Of a DNA stretch of 64,000 bases, positions 23,300 through 34,440 are shown in pieces. The stretch comes from Eledone cirrhosa. Lineage: Eukaryota. A program made the position numbers and the translations under genes. The notes beneath the pieces were generated by a model. That model was not told the origin of the DNA and did not search any database. It worked only from the letters and a program-made list of their open reading frames with translations. The stretch spans positions 130,076,001 through 130,140,000 of the forward strand of contig OZ024743.1 of the NCBI GenBank assembly GCA_964016885.1. The letters are read 5' to 3'. Every line of letters begins with the position of its first letter. Position 1 is the first letter of the stretch.

Positions 23300-26200
23300 G
23301 TGTTTGGTGTTTGGTGTTTGATGCTTGGTGTTCGATGCTTGGTGCTTGGTGCTTGGTGTTTGGTGCTTGGTGCTTGGTCTTTGGTTCTTGGTGCTTGGTG
23401 CTTGGTCCTTGGTGTTTGGTGTTTAGTGCTTGGTGCTTGGTGCTTGGTGTTTAGTGCTTGGTGCTTGGTGCATTGTGATTAGTGTTTGGTGCTTGGTGCT
23501 TGGGGTTTGGTGTTTGGTGCTTGGTGTTTGGTGTTTGGTGCTTGGAACTTGGTGTTTGGTGCTTGGTGTTTGCTGTTTGCTGTTTGGTGTCTGCTTTTTG
23601 GTGTTTGGTTTTTGCTCAATGGTGTTGGCTGTTTCATGTTTGGTGTTTGCTGTTTGGTGTTTGGTGTTTGCTGTTTGGTGTTTGGTCTTTGGTGCTTGGT
23701 GTTTGGTGCTTGGTGCTTGGTGTTAGGTGTTTGGTGCTTGGTGTTTGGTGTTTGGTCCATGGTGCTTGGTGTTTGGTGCTTGGTGCTTGGTGTTTGTTGT
23801 TTGGTGCTTTCTGCTTGCTGCTTCGTGTTTGGTGCTTGGTGATTGGTGCTTGGTGTTTGGTGTTTGGTGCTAGGTGCTTGGTATTTGGTGTTTGGTGCTT
23901 CGTGTTTGGTGTTTGGTGCTTGGTGCTTGGGGCTCTGTGTTTGGTGCTTCGTAATTGGTGCTTGGTATTTGGTGCTTGGTGCTTGGTGCTTGGTGTTTGG
24001 TGCTTGTTGCTTGGTGTTTGGTGTTTGGTGTTTGATGCTTGGTGTTTGATGCTAGGTGCTTGGTGCTTGGTGTTTGGTGCTTGGTGCTTGGTGTTTGTAC
24101 TTGGTGCTTGGTGCTTGGTGTTTGGTGCTTGGTGTTTGGTGCTGGGTGCTTGGTGTTTGGTGTTTGGTGCTTGGTGTTTGGTGCTTGGTGCTTGGTGCTT
24201 GGTGTTAGGTGTTTGGTGCTTGGTGCTTGGTGTTTTGTGCTTGGTGCTTGGTGTTTGGTGCTTGGTGCTTGGTGCTTGGTGTTTGGTGTTTAGTGCTTGG
24301 TGTTTGGTGCTTGGTGCTTGGTGCTTGGTCTTAGGTGTGTGGTGCTTGGTGCTTGGTGTTTTATGCTTGGTGCTTGGTGTTTGGTGCTTGGTGCTTGGTG
24401 TTTGGTGCTTGGTGCCTGGTGCTTGGTGTTTGGTGCTTGGTGCTTGGTGTTTGGTGTTTGGTGCTTGGTGCTTGGTGTTAGGTGTTTGGTGCTTGGTGCT
24501 TGGTGTTTGGTGTTTGGTCTTTGGTGCTTGGTGTTTGGTGCTTTGTGCTTGGTGTTTGTTGTTTGGTGCTTTCTGCTTGCTGCTTGGAGTTTGGTGCTTG
24601 GTGCTTGGTGTTTGGTGCTTGTTGCTTGGTGTTTGGTGTTTGGTGTTTGATGCTTGGTGTTTGATGCTTGGTGCTTGGTGCTTGGTGTTTGGTGCTTGGT
24701 GCTTGGTGTTTGTACTTGGTGCTTGGTGCTTGGTGTTTGGTGCTTGGTACTTGGTTTTGGTGCTTGGTGTGTGGTGTTTGCTGTTTGCTGTTTGGTGTTT
24801 GGTGTTTGCTGTTTGGTGTCTGCTTTTTGGTGTTTGGTGTTTGCTGTATGGTTTTTGCTGTTTCGTGTTTGGTGTTTGCTGTTTGGTGTTTGGTGTTTGC
24901 TGTTTAGTGTTTGGTCTCTGGTGCTTGGTGTTTGGTGCTTGGTGCTTGGTGTTTGGTGTTTGGTCCTTGGTGCCTGGTGCTTGTTGTTTGGTGATTGGTG
25001 CTTGGTGTTTGCTGTTTGCTGTTTGGTGTTTGGTGTTTGCTGTTTGGTGTTTGGTGCTTGGTGCTTGGTGCTTGGTGTTTGGAGCTTGGGTCTTGGTGTT
25101 TGATGCTTGGTGCTTGGTGTTTGATGTTTGGTGCTTGGTGCCTGGTGCTTGTTGTTTGGTGCTTGGTGCTTGGTGTTTGGTGTTTGGTGTTTGGTGTTTG
25201 GTGTTTGGTGCTTGGTGCTTGGTGTTTGGTGTTTGGTGCTGGGTGCTTGGTGCTTGGTGTTTGGTGGTTGGTGCTTGGTGTTTGGTGCTTGGTGATTGGT
25301 GCTTGGTGTTTGGTGCTGGGTGCTTGGTGTTTTGTGCTTGGTGTTTGGTGCTTGGTGTTTGGTGTTTGATGCTTGGTGTTCGATGCTTGGTGCTTGGTGC
25401 TTGGTGTTTGGTGCTTGGTGCTTGGTCTTTGGTTCTTGGTGCTTGGTGCTTGGTCCTTGGTGTTTGGTGTTTAGTGCTTGGTGCTTGGTGCTTGGTGTTT
25501 AGTGCTTGGTGCTTGGTGCATTGTGATTAGTGTTTGGTGCTTGGTGCTTGGGGTTTGGTGTTTGGTGCTTGGTGTTTGGTGTTTGGTGCTTGGAACTTGG
25601 TGTTTGGTGCTTGGTGTTTGCTGTTTGCTGTTTGGTGTCTGCTTTTTGGTGTTTGGTTTTTGCTCAATGGTGTTGGCTGTTTCATGTTTGGTGTTTGCTG
25701 TTTGGTGTTTGGTGTTTGCTGTTTGGTGTTTGGTCTTTGGTGCTTGGTGTTTGGTGCTTGGTGCTTGGTGTTAGGTGTTTGGTGCTTGGTGTTTGGTGTT
25801 TGGTCCATGGTGCTTGGTGTTTGGTGCTTGGTGCTTGGTGTTTGTTGTTTGGTGCTTTCTGCTTGCTGCTTCGTGTTTGGTGCTTGGTGATTGGTGCTTG
25901 GTGTTTGGTGTTTGGTGCTAGGTGCTTGGTATTTGGTGTTTGGTGCTTCGTGTTTGGTGTTTGGTGCTTGGTGCTTGGGGCTCTGTGTTTGGTGCTTCGT
26001 AATTGGTGCTTGGTATTTGGTGCTTGGTGCTTGGTGCTTGGTGTTTGGTGCTTGTTGCTTGGTGTTTGGTGTTTGGTGTTTGATGCTTGGTGTTTGATGC
26101 TAGGTGCTTGGTGCTTGGTGTTTGGTGCTTGGTGCTTGGTGTTTGTACTTGGTGCTTGGTGCTTGGTGTTTGGTGCTTGGTGTTTGGTGCTTGGTGCTTG

Positions 26201-27290
26201 GTGTTTGGTGTTTGGTGCTTGGTGTTTGGTGCTTGGTGCTTGGTGCTTGGTGTTAGGTGTTTGGTGCTTGGTGCTTGGTGTTTTGTGCTTGGTGCTTGGT
26301 GTTTGGTGCTTGGTGCTTGGTGCTTGGTGTTTGGTGTTTAGTGCTTGGTGTTTGGTGCTTGGTGCTTGGTGCTTGGTCTTAGGTGTGTGGTGCTTGGTGC
26401 TTGGTGTTTTATGCTTGGTGCTTGGTGTTTGGTGCTTGGTGCTTGGTGTTTGGTGCTTGGTGCCTGGTGCTTGGTGTTTGGTGCTTGGTGCTTGGTGTTT
26501 GGTGTTTGGTGCTTGGTGCTTGGTGTTAGGTGTTTGGTGCTTGGTGCTTGGTGTTTGGTGTTTGGTCTTTGGTGCTTGGTGTTTGGTGCTTTGTGCTTGG
26601 TGTTTGTTGTTTGGTGCTTTCTGCTTGCTGCTTGGAGTTTGGTGCTTGGTGCTTGGTGTTTGGTGCTTGTTGCTTGGTGTTTGGTGTTTGGTGTTTGATG
26701 CTTGGTGTTTGATGCTTGGTGCTTGGTGCTTGGTGTTTGGTGCTTGGTGCTTGGTGTTTGTACTTGGTGCTTGGTGCTTGGTGTTTGGTGCTTGGTACTT
26801 GGTTTTGGTGCTTGGTGTGTGGTGTTTGCTGTTTGCTGTTTGGTGTTTGGTGTTTGCTGTTTGGTGTCTGCTTTTTGGTGTTTGGTGTTTGCTGTATGGT
26901 TTTTGCTGTTTCGTGTTTGGTGTTTGCTGTTTGGTGTTTGGTGTTTGCTGTTTAGTGTTTGGTCTCTGGTGCTTGGTGTTTGGTGCTTGGTGCTTGGTGT
27001 TTGGTGTTTGGTCCTTGGTGCCTGGTGCTTGTTGTTTGGTGATTGGTGCTTGGTGTTTGCTGTTTGCTGTTTGGTGTTTGGTGTTTGCTGTTTGGTGTTT
27101 GGTGCTTGGTGCTTGGTGCTTGGTGTTTGGAGCTTGGTGCTTGGTGTTTGATGCTTGGTGCTTGGTGTTTGATGTTTGGTGCTTGGTGCCTGGTGCTTGT
27201 TGTTTGGTGCTTGGTGCTTGGTGTTTGGTGTTTGGTGTTTGGTGTTTGGTGTTTGGTGCTTGGTGCTTGGTGTTTGGTGTTTGGTGCTTG
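23300..27290 (+). repeat. Tandem duplication, period 2048 bp (293 monomers minus 3 bp)
   Basis: ORF pairs 23479/25527, 24039/26087, 24654/26702 and 24995/27043. Three 1-bp-short monomers per period explain 2051-3. Confidence 0.9.
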
Positions 27291-30200
27291 GTGCTTGGTG
27301 CTTGGTGTTTGGTGTTTGGTGCTGGGTGCTTGGTGCTTGGTGTTTGATGTTTGGTGCTTGGTGCCTGGTGCTTGGTGTTTGGTGGTTGGTGCTTGGTGTT
27401 TGGTGCTTGGTGATTGGTGCTTGGTGTTTGGTGCTGGGTGCTTGGTGTTTCGTGCTTGGTGTTTGGTGCTTGGTGTTTGGTGTTTGATGCTTGGTGTTCG
27501 ATGCTTGGTGCTTGGTACTTGGTGTTTGGTGCTTGGTGCTTGGTCTTTGGTTCTTGGTGCTTGGTGCTTGGTGCTTGGTGCTTGGTGTTTAGTGCTTTGT
27601 GCTTGGTGCATTGTGCTTAGTGTTTGGTGCTTGGTGCTTGGGGTTTGGTGTTTGGTGCTTGGTGCTTGGTGTTTGGTGCTTGGAACTTGGTGTTTGGTGC
27701 TTGGTGTTTGCTGTTTGCTGTTTGCTGTTTAGTGTTTGGTGTTTGCTCTATGGTGTTTGCTGTTTCATGTTTAGTGTTTGCTGTTTGGTGTTTGGTGTTT
27801 GCTGTTTGGTGTTTGGTCTTTGGTGCTTGGTGTTTGGTGCTTGGTGCTTGGTGTTTGGTGTTTGGTGCTTGGTGCTTGGTGTTAGGTGTTTGGTGCTTGG
27901 TGCTTGGTGTTTGGTGTTTGGTGCTTGGTGTTTGTTGTTTGGTGCTTTCTGCTTGCTGCTTGGTGTTTGGTGCTTGGTGATTGGTGCTTGGTGTTTGGTG
28001 CTTTGTGCTTGGTGTTTGGTGTTTTGTGCTAGGTGCTTGGTGCTTCGTGTTTGGTGCTTCGTGTTTGGTGCTGGGTTGTTGGTGTTTGGTGCTTGGTGCT
28101 TGGTGTTTGGTGCTTGGTGCTTGGTGCTTGGTGCTTGGTCTTTGGTGCTTGGTGTTTGGTGTTTGGTGCTCTGTGCTTGGTGCTTGGTGTTTGGTGCTTG
28201 GTGCTTGGTGCTTGGTGATTAGTGTTTGGTGCTTGGTGCTTGGGGTTTGGTGTTTGGTGCTTGGTGCTTGGTGTTTGGTGATTGGTGTTTGGTGTTTGGT
28301 GCTTGGTGCTTGGTGTTTGGTGCTTGGTGCTTGGTGCTTGTTGTTTGGTGATTGGTGCTTGGTGCTTGGTGTTTGGCGTTTGGTGTTTGCTGTTTCGTGT
28401 TTGGTGTTTGCTGTTTGGTATTTGGTGCTTGGTATTTGGTGCTTGGTGTTTGGTGTTTGGTGCTTGGTGCTTGGTGCTTGGTGCTTGGGGTTTGGTGTTT
28501 GGTGCTTGGTGCTTGGTGTTTGGTGCTTGGTGCTTGGTGTTTGGTGCTGCGTGCTTCGTGTTTGGTGCTTCGTGCTGGGTGCTTGGTGCTTGGTGTTTGG
28601 TGTTTGGATCTTGGTGCTTGGTGCTTGTTGTTTGGTGATTGGTGCTTGGTGCTTGGTGTTTGGTGTTTGGTGTTTGGTGTTTGGTGCTTGGTGTTTGTAC
28701 TTGGTGCTTGGTGCTTGGTGCTTGGTGTTTGGTGCTTGGTGCTTGGTGCTTGGTGTTTGGAGCTTGGTGTTTGGTGCTTGGTTCTTGGTGTTTGGTGCTT
28801 GGTGTTTGGTGCTTGGTGCTTGGTGTTTGGTGTTTGGTGCTTGGTGCTTGGTGCTTGGTGCTTGGTGTTAGGTGTTAGGTGTTTGGTGCTTGGTGCTTGG
28901 TGTTTTCTGCTTGGTGCTTGGTGTTTGGTGCTTGGTGCTTGGTGTTTGGTGCTTGGTGCCTGGTGCTTGGTGTTTGGTGCTTGGTGCTTGGTGTTTGGTG
29001 TTTGGTGCTTGGTGCTTGGTGTTAGGTGTTTGGTGCTTGGTGCATGGTGTTTGGTGTTTGGTCCTTGGTGCTTGGTGTTTGGCGCTTGGTGCTTGGTGTT
29101 TGTTGTTTGGTGCTTTCTGCTTGCTGCTTCGTGTTTGGTGCTTTATGCTTGGTGTTTGGTCCTTGGTGTTTGGTGTTTGGTGTTTGATGCTTGGTGTTTG
29201 ATGCTTGGTGCTTGGTGCTTGGTGTTTGGTGCTTGGTGCTTGGTGTTTGTACTTGGTGCTTGGTGCTTGGTGCTTGGTGTTTGGTACTTGGTTCTTGGTG
29301 TTTGGTGTTTGGTGCTTGGTGTTTGGTGCTTGGTGCTTGGTGTTTGGTGTTTGGTGCTTGGTGTTTGGTGCTTGGTGCTTGGTGTTTGGTGCTTGGTGCT
29401 TGGTGTTTGGTGTTTGGTGTTTGGTGCTTGGTGCTTGGTGTTTGGTGCTTGGTGCTTGATACTGGGTGGTTGGTGTTTGGTGCTTGGTGTTTGGTGCTTG
29501 GTGCTTGGTGCCTGGTGTTTGGTGCTTGGTACTTGGTGCTTGGTCTTTGGTGCTTGGTGTTTGGTGCTTGGTGCTTGGTGCTTGGTGTTTGGTGCTTGGT
29601 GCTTGGTGATTAGTGTTTGGTGTTTGGTGCTTGGTGCTTGGTGTTTGGTGTTTGGTGCTTGGTGTTTGGTGCTTGGTACTTGGTGTTTGGTGCTTGGTGT
29701 TTGGTGTTTGCTGTTTGCTGTTTGGTGTTTGGTGTTTGGTGTTTGGTGTTTGGTGCTTGGTGCTTGGTGCTTGGTGTTTGGAGCTTGGGTCTTGGTGTTT
29801 GATGCTTGGTGCTTGGTGTTTGATGTTTGGTGTTTGGTGTTTGGTGCTTGGTGTTTGTACTTGGTGCTTGGTGCTTGGTGCTTGGTGTTTGGTGCTTGGT
29901 GCTTGGTGCTTGGTGTTTGGAGCTTGGTGTTTGGTGCTTGGTTCTTGGTGTTTGGTGCTTGGTGTTTGGTGCTTGGTGCTTGGTGTTTGGTGATTGGTGC
30001 TTGGTGTTTGGTGCTGGGTGCTTGGTGTTTTGTGCTTGGTGTTTGGTGCTTGGTGTTTGGTGTTTGATGCTTGGTGTTCGATGCTTGGTGCTTGGTGCTT
30101 GGTGTTTGGTGCTTGGTGCTTGGTCTTTGGTTCTTGGTGCTTGGTGCTTGGTCCTTGGTGTTTGGTGTTTAGTGCTTGGTGCTTGGTGCTTGGTGTTTAG

Positions 30201-33200
30201 TGCTTGGTGCTTGGTGCATTGTGATTAGTGTTTGGTGCTTGGTGCTTGGGGTTTGGTGTTTGGTGCTTGGTGTTTGGTGTTTGGTGCTTGGAACTTGGTG
30301 TTTGGTGCTTGGTGTTTGCTGTTTGCTGTTTGGTGTCTGCTTTTTGGTGTTTGGTTTTTGCTCAATGGTGTTGGCTGTTTCATGTTTGGTGTTTGCTGTT
30401 TGGTGTTTGGTGTTTGCTGTTTGGTGTTTGGTCTTTGGTGCTTGGTGTTTGGTGCTTGGTGCTTGGTGTTAGGTGTTTGGTGCTTGGTGTTTGGTGTTTG
30501 GTCCATGGTGCTTGGTGTTTGGTGCTTGGTGCTTGGTGTTTGTTGTTTGGTGCTTTCTGCTTGCTGCTTCGTGTTTGGTGCTTGGTGATTGGTGCTTGGT
30601 GTTTGGTGTTTGGTGCTAGGTGCTTGGTATTTGGTGTTTGGTGCTTCGTGTTTGGTGTTTGGTGCTTGGTGCTTGGGGCTCTGTGTTTGGTGCTTCGTAA
30701 TTGGTGCTTGGTATTTGGTGCTTGGTGCTTGGTGCTTGGTGTTTGGTGCTTGTTGCTTGGTGTTTGGTGTTTGGTGTTTGATGCTTGGTGTTTGATGCTA
30801 GGTGCTTGGTGCTTGGTGTTTGGTGCTTGGTGCTTGGTGTTTGTACTTGGTGCTTGGTGCTTGGTGTTTGGTGCTTGGTGTTTGGTGCTTGGTGCTTGGT
30901 GTTTGGTGTTTGGTGCTTGGTGTTTGGTGCTTGGTGCTTGGTGCTTGGTGTTAGGTGTTTGGTGCTTGGTGCTTGGTGTTTTGTGCTTGGTGCTTGGTGT
31001 TTGGTGCTTGGTGCTTGGTGCTTGGTGTTTGGTGTTTAGTGCTTGGTGTTTGGTGCTTGGTGCTTGGTGCTTGGTCTTAGGTGTGTGGTGCTTGGTGCTT
31101 GGTGTTTTATGCTTGGTGCTTGGTGTTTGGTGCTTGGTGCTTGGTGTTTGGTGCTTGGTGCCTGGTGCTTGGTGTTTGGTGCTTGGTGCTTGGTGTTTGG
31201 TGTTTGGTGCTTGGTGCTTGGTGTTAGGTGTTTGGTGCTTGGTGCTTGGTGTTTGGTGTTTGGTCTTTGGTGCTTGGTGTTTGGTGCTTTGTGCTTGGTG
31301 TTTGTTGTTTGGTGCTTTCTGCTTGCTGCTTGGAGTTTGGTGCTTGGTGCTTGGTGTTTGGTGCTTGTTGCTTGGTGTTTGGTGTTTGGTGTTTGATGCT
31401 TGGTGTTTGATGCTTGGTGCTTGGTGCTTGGTGTTTGGTGCTTGGTGCTTGGTGTTTGTACTTGGTGCTTGGTGCTTGGTGTTTGGTGCTTGGTACTTGG
31501 TTTTGGTGCTTGGTGTGTGGTGTTTGCTGTTTGCTGTTTGGTGTTTGGTGTTTGCTGTTTGGTGTCTGCTTTTTGGTGTTTGGTGTTTGCTGTATGGTTT
31601 TTGCTGTTTCGTGTTTGGTGTTTGCTGTTTGGTGTTTGGTGTTTGCTGTTTAGTGTTTGGTCTCTGGTGCTTGGTGTTTGGTGCTTGGTGCTTGGTGTTT
31701 GGTGTTTGGTCCTTGGTGCCTGGTGCTTGTTGTTTGGTGATTGGTGCTTGGTGTTTGCTGTTTGCTGTTTGGTGTTTGGTGTTTGCTGTTTGGTGTTTGG
31801 TGCTTGGTGCTTGGTGCTTGGTGTTTGGAGCTTGGTGCTTGGTGTTTGATGCTTGGTGCTTGGTGTTTGATGTTTGGTGCTTGGTGCCTGGTGCTTGTTG
31901 TTTGGTGCTTGGTGCTTGGTGTTTGGTGTTTGGTGTTTGGTGTTTGGTGTTTGGTGCTTGGTGCTTGGTGTTTGGTGTTTGGTGCTTGGTGCTTGGTGCT
32001 TGGTGTTTGGTGTTTGGTGCTGGGTGCTTGGTGCTTGGTGTTTGATGTTTGGTGCTTGGTGCCTGGTGCTTGGTGTTTGGTGGTTGGTGCTTGGTGTTTG
32101 GTGCTTGGTGATTGGTGCTTGGTGTTTGGTGCTGGGTGCTTGGTGTTTCGTGCTTGGTGTTTGGTGCTTGGTGTTTGGTGTTTGATGCTTGGTGTTCGAT
32201 GCTTGGTGCTTGGTACTTGGTGTTTGGTGCTTGGTGCTTGGTCTTTGGTTCTTGGTGCTTGGTGCTTGGTGCTTGGTGCTTGGTGTTTAGTGCTTTGTGC
32301 TTGGTGCATTGTGCTTAGTGTTTGGTGCTTGGTGCTTGGGGTTTGGTGTTTGGTGCTTGGTGCTTGGTGTTTGGTGCTTGGAACTTGGTGTTTGGTGCTT
32401 GGTGTTTGCTGTTTGCTGTTTGCTGTTTAGTGTTTGGTGTTTGCTCTATGGTGTTTGCTGTTTCATGTTTAGTGTTTGCTGTTTGGTGTTTGGTGTTTGC
32501 TGTTTGGTGTTTGGTCTTTGGTGCTTGGTGTTTGGTGCTTGGTGCTTGGTGTTTGGTGTTTGGTGCTTGGTGCTTGGTGTTAGGTGTTTGGTGCTTGGTG
32601 CTTGGTGTTTGGTGTTTGGTGCTTGGTGTTTGTTGTTTGGTGCTTTCTGCTTGCTGCTTGGTGTTTGGTGCTTGGTGATTGGTGCTTGGTGTTTGGTGCT
32701 TTGTGCTTGGTGTTTGGTGTTTTGTGCTAGGTGCTTGGTGCTTCGTGTTTGGTGCTTCGTGTTTGGTGCTGGGTTGTTGGTGTTTGGTGCTTGGTGCTTG
32801 GTGTTTGGTGCTTGGTGCTTGGTGCTTGGTGCTTGGTCTTTGGTGCTTGGTGTTTGGTGTTTGGTGCTCTGTGCTTGGTGCTTGGTGTTTGGTGCTTGGT
32901 GCTTGGTGCTTGGTGATTAGTGTTTGGTGCTTGGTGCTTGGGGTTTGGTGTTTGGTGCTTGGTGCTTGGTGTTTGGTGATTGGTGTTTGGTGTTTGGTGC
33001 TTGGTGCTTGGTGTTTGGTGCTTGGTGCTTGGTGCTTGTTGTTTGGTGATTGGTGCTTGGTGCTTGGTGTTTGGCGTTTGGTGTTTGCTGTTTCGTGTTT
33101 GGTGTTTGCTGTTTGGTATTTGGTGCTTGGTATTTGGTGCTTGGTGTTTGGTGTTTGGTGCTTGGTGCTTGGTGCTTGGTGCTTGGGGTTTGGTGTTTGG

Positions 33201-34440
33201 TGCTTGGTGCTTGGTGTTTGGTGCTTGGTGCTTGGTGTTTGGTGCTGCGTGCTTCGTGTTTGGTGCTTCGTGCTGGGTGCTTGGTGCTTGGTGTTTGGTG
33301 TTTGGATCTTGGTGCTTGGTGCTTGTTGTTTGGTGATTGGTGCTTGGTGCTTGGTGTTTGGTGTTTGGTGTTTGGTGTTTGGTGCTTGGTGTTTGTACTT
33401 GGTGCTTGGTGCTTGGTGCTTGGTGTTTGGTGCTTGGTGCTTGGTGCTTGGTGTTTGGAGCTTGGTGTTTGGTGCTTGGTTCTTGGTGTTTGGTGCTTGG
33501 TGTTTGGTGCTTGGTGCTTGGTGTTTGGTGTTTGGTGCTTGGTGCTTGGTGCTTGGTGCTTGGTGTTAGGTGTTAGGTGTTTGGTGCTTGGTGCTTGTTG
33601 TTTTCTGCTTGGTGCTTGGTGTTTGGTGCTTGGTGCTTGGTGTTTGGTGCTTGGTGCCTGGTGCTTGGTGTTTGGTGCTTGGTGCTTGGTGTTTGGTGTT
33701 TGGTGCTTGGTGCTTGGTGTTAGGTGTTTGGTGCTTGGTGCATGGTGTTTGGTGTTTGGTCCTTGGTGCTTGGTGTTTGGCGCTTGGTGCTTGGTGTTTG
33801 TTGTTTGGTGCTTTCTGCTTGCTGCTTCGTGTTTGGTGCTTTATGCTTGGTGTTTGGTCCTTGGTGTTTGGTGTTTGGTGTTTGATGCTTGGTGTTTGAT
33901 GCTTGGTGCTTGGTGCTTGGTGTTTGGTGCTTGGTGCTTGGTGTTTGTACTTGGTGCTTGGTGCTTGGTGCTTGGTGTTTGGTACTTGGTTCTTGGTGTT
34001 TGGTGTTTGGTGCTTGGTGTTTGGTGCTTGGTGCTTGGTGTTTGGTGTTTGGTGCTTGGTGTTTGGTGCTTGGTGCTTGGTGTTTGGTGCTTGGTGCTTG
34101 GTGTTTGGTGTTTGGTGTTTGGTGCTTGGTGCTTGGTGTTTGGTGCTTGGTGCTTGATACTGGGTGGTTGGTGTTTGGTGCTTGGTGTTTGGTGCTTGGT
34201 GCTTGGTGCCTGGTGTTTGGTGCTTGGTACTTGGTGCTTGGTCTTTGGTGCTTGGTGTTTGGTGCTTGGTGCTTGGTGCTTGGTGTTTGGTGCTTGGTGC
34301 TTGGTGATTAGTGTTTGGTGTTTGGTGCTTGGTGCTTGGTGTTTGGTGTTTGGTGCTTGGTGTTTGGTGCTTGGTACTTGGTGTTTGGTGCTTGGTGTTT
34401 GGTGTTTGCTGTTTGCTGTTTGGTGTTTGGTGTTTGGTGT
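25285..34440 (+). repeat. Near-tandem duplication, period 4698 bp, with a ~250-bp chimeric linker at ~29740-29990
   Basis: ORF pairs 25296/29994, 25530/30228, 26952/31650, 27981/32679 and 29191/33889 are offset 4698 = 672x7-6. I counted six 1-bp-short monomers in the period. Confidence 0.92.

Noticed and set aside
23479-25527. Period of exactly 2048 (2^11) suggesting a computational artefact
   Set aside because: Explained by 293x7 minus three 1-bp-short monomers. The copies differ at some sites, and the same spacing is inherited at 12227/14275 and 17307/19355.
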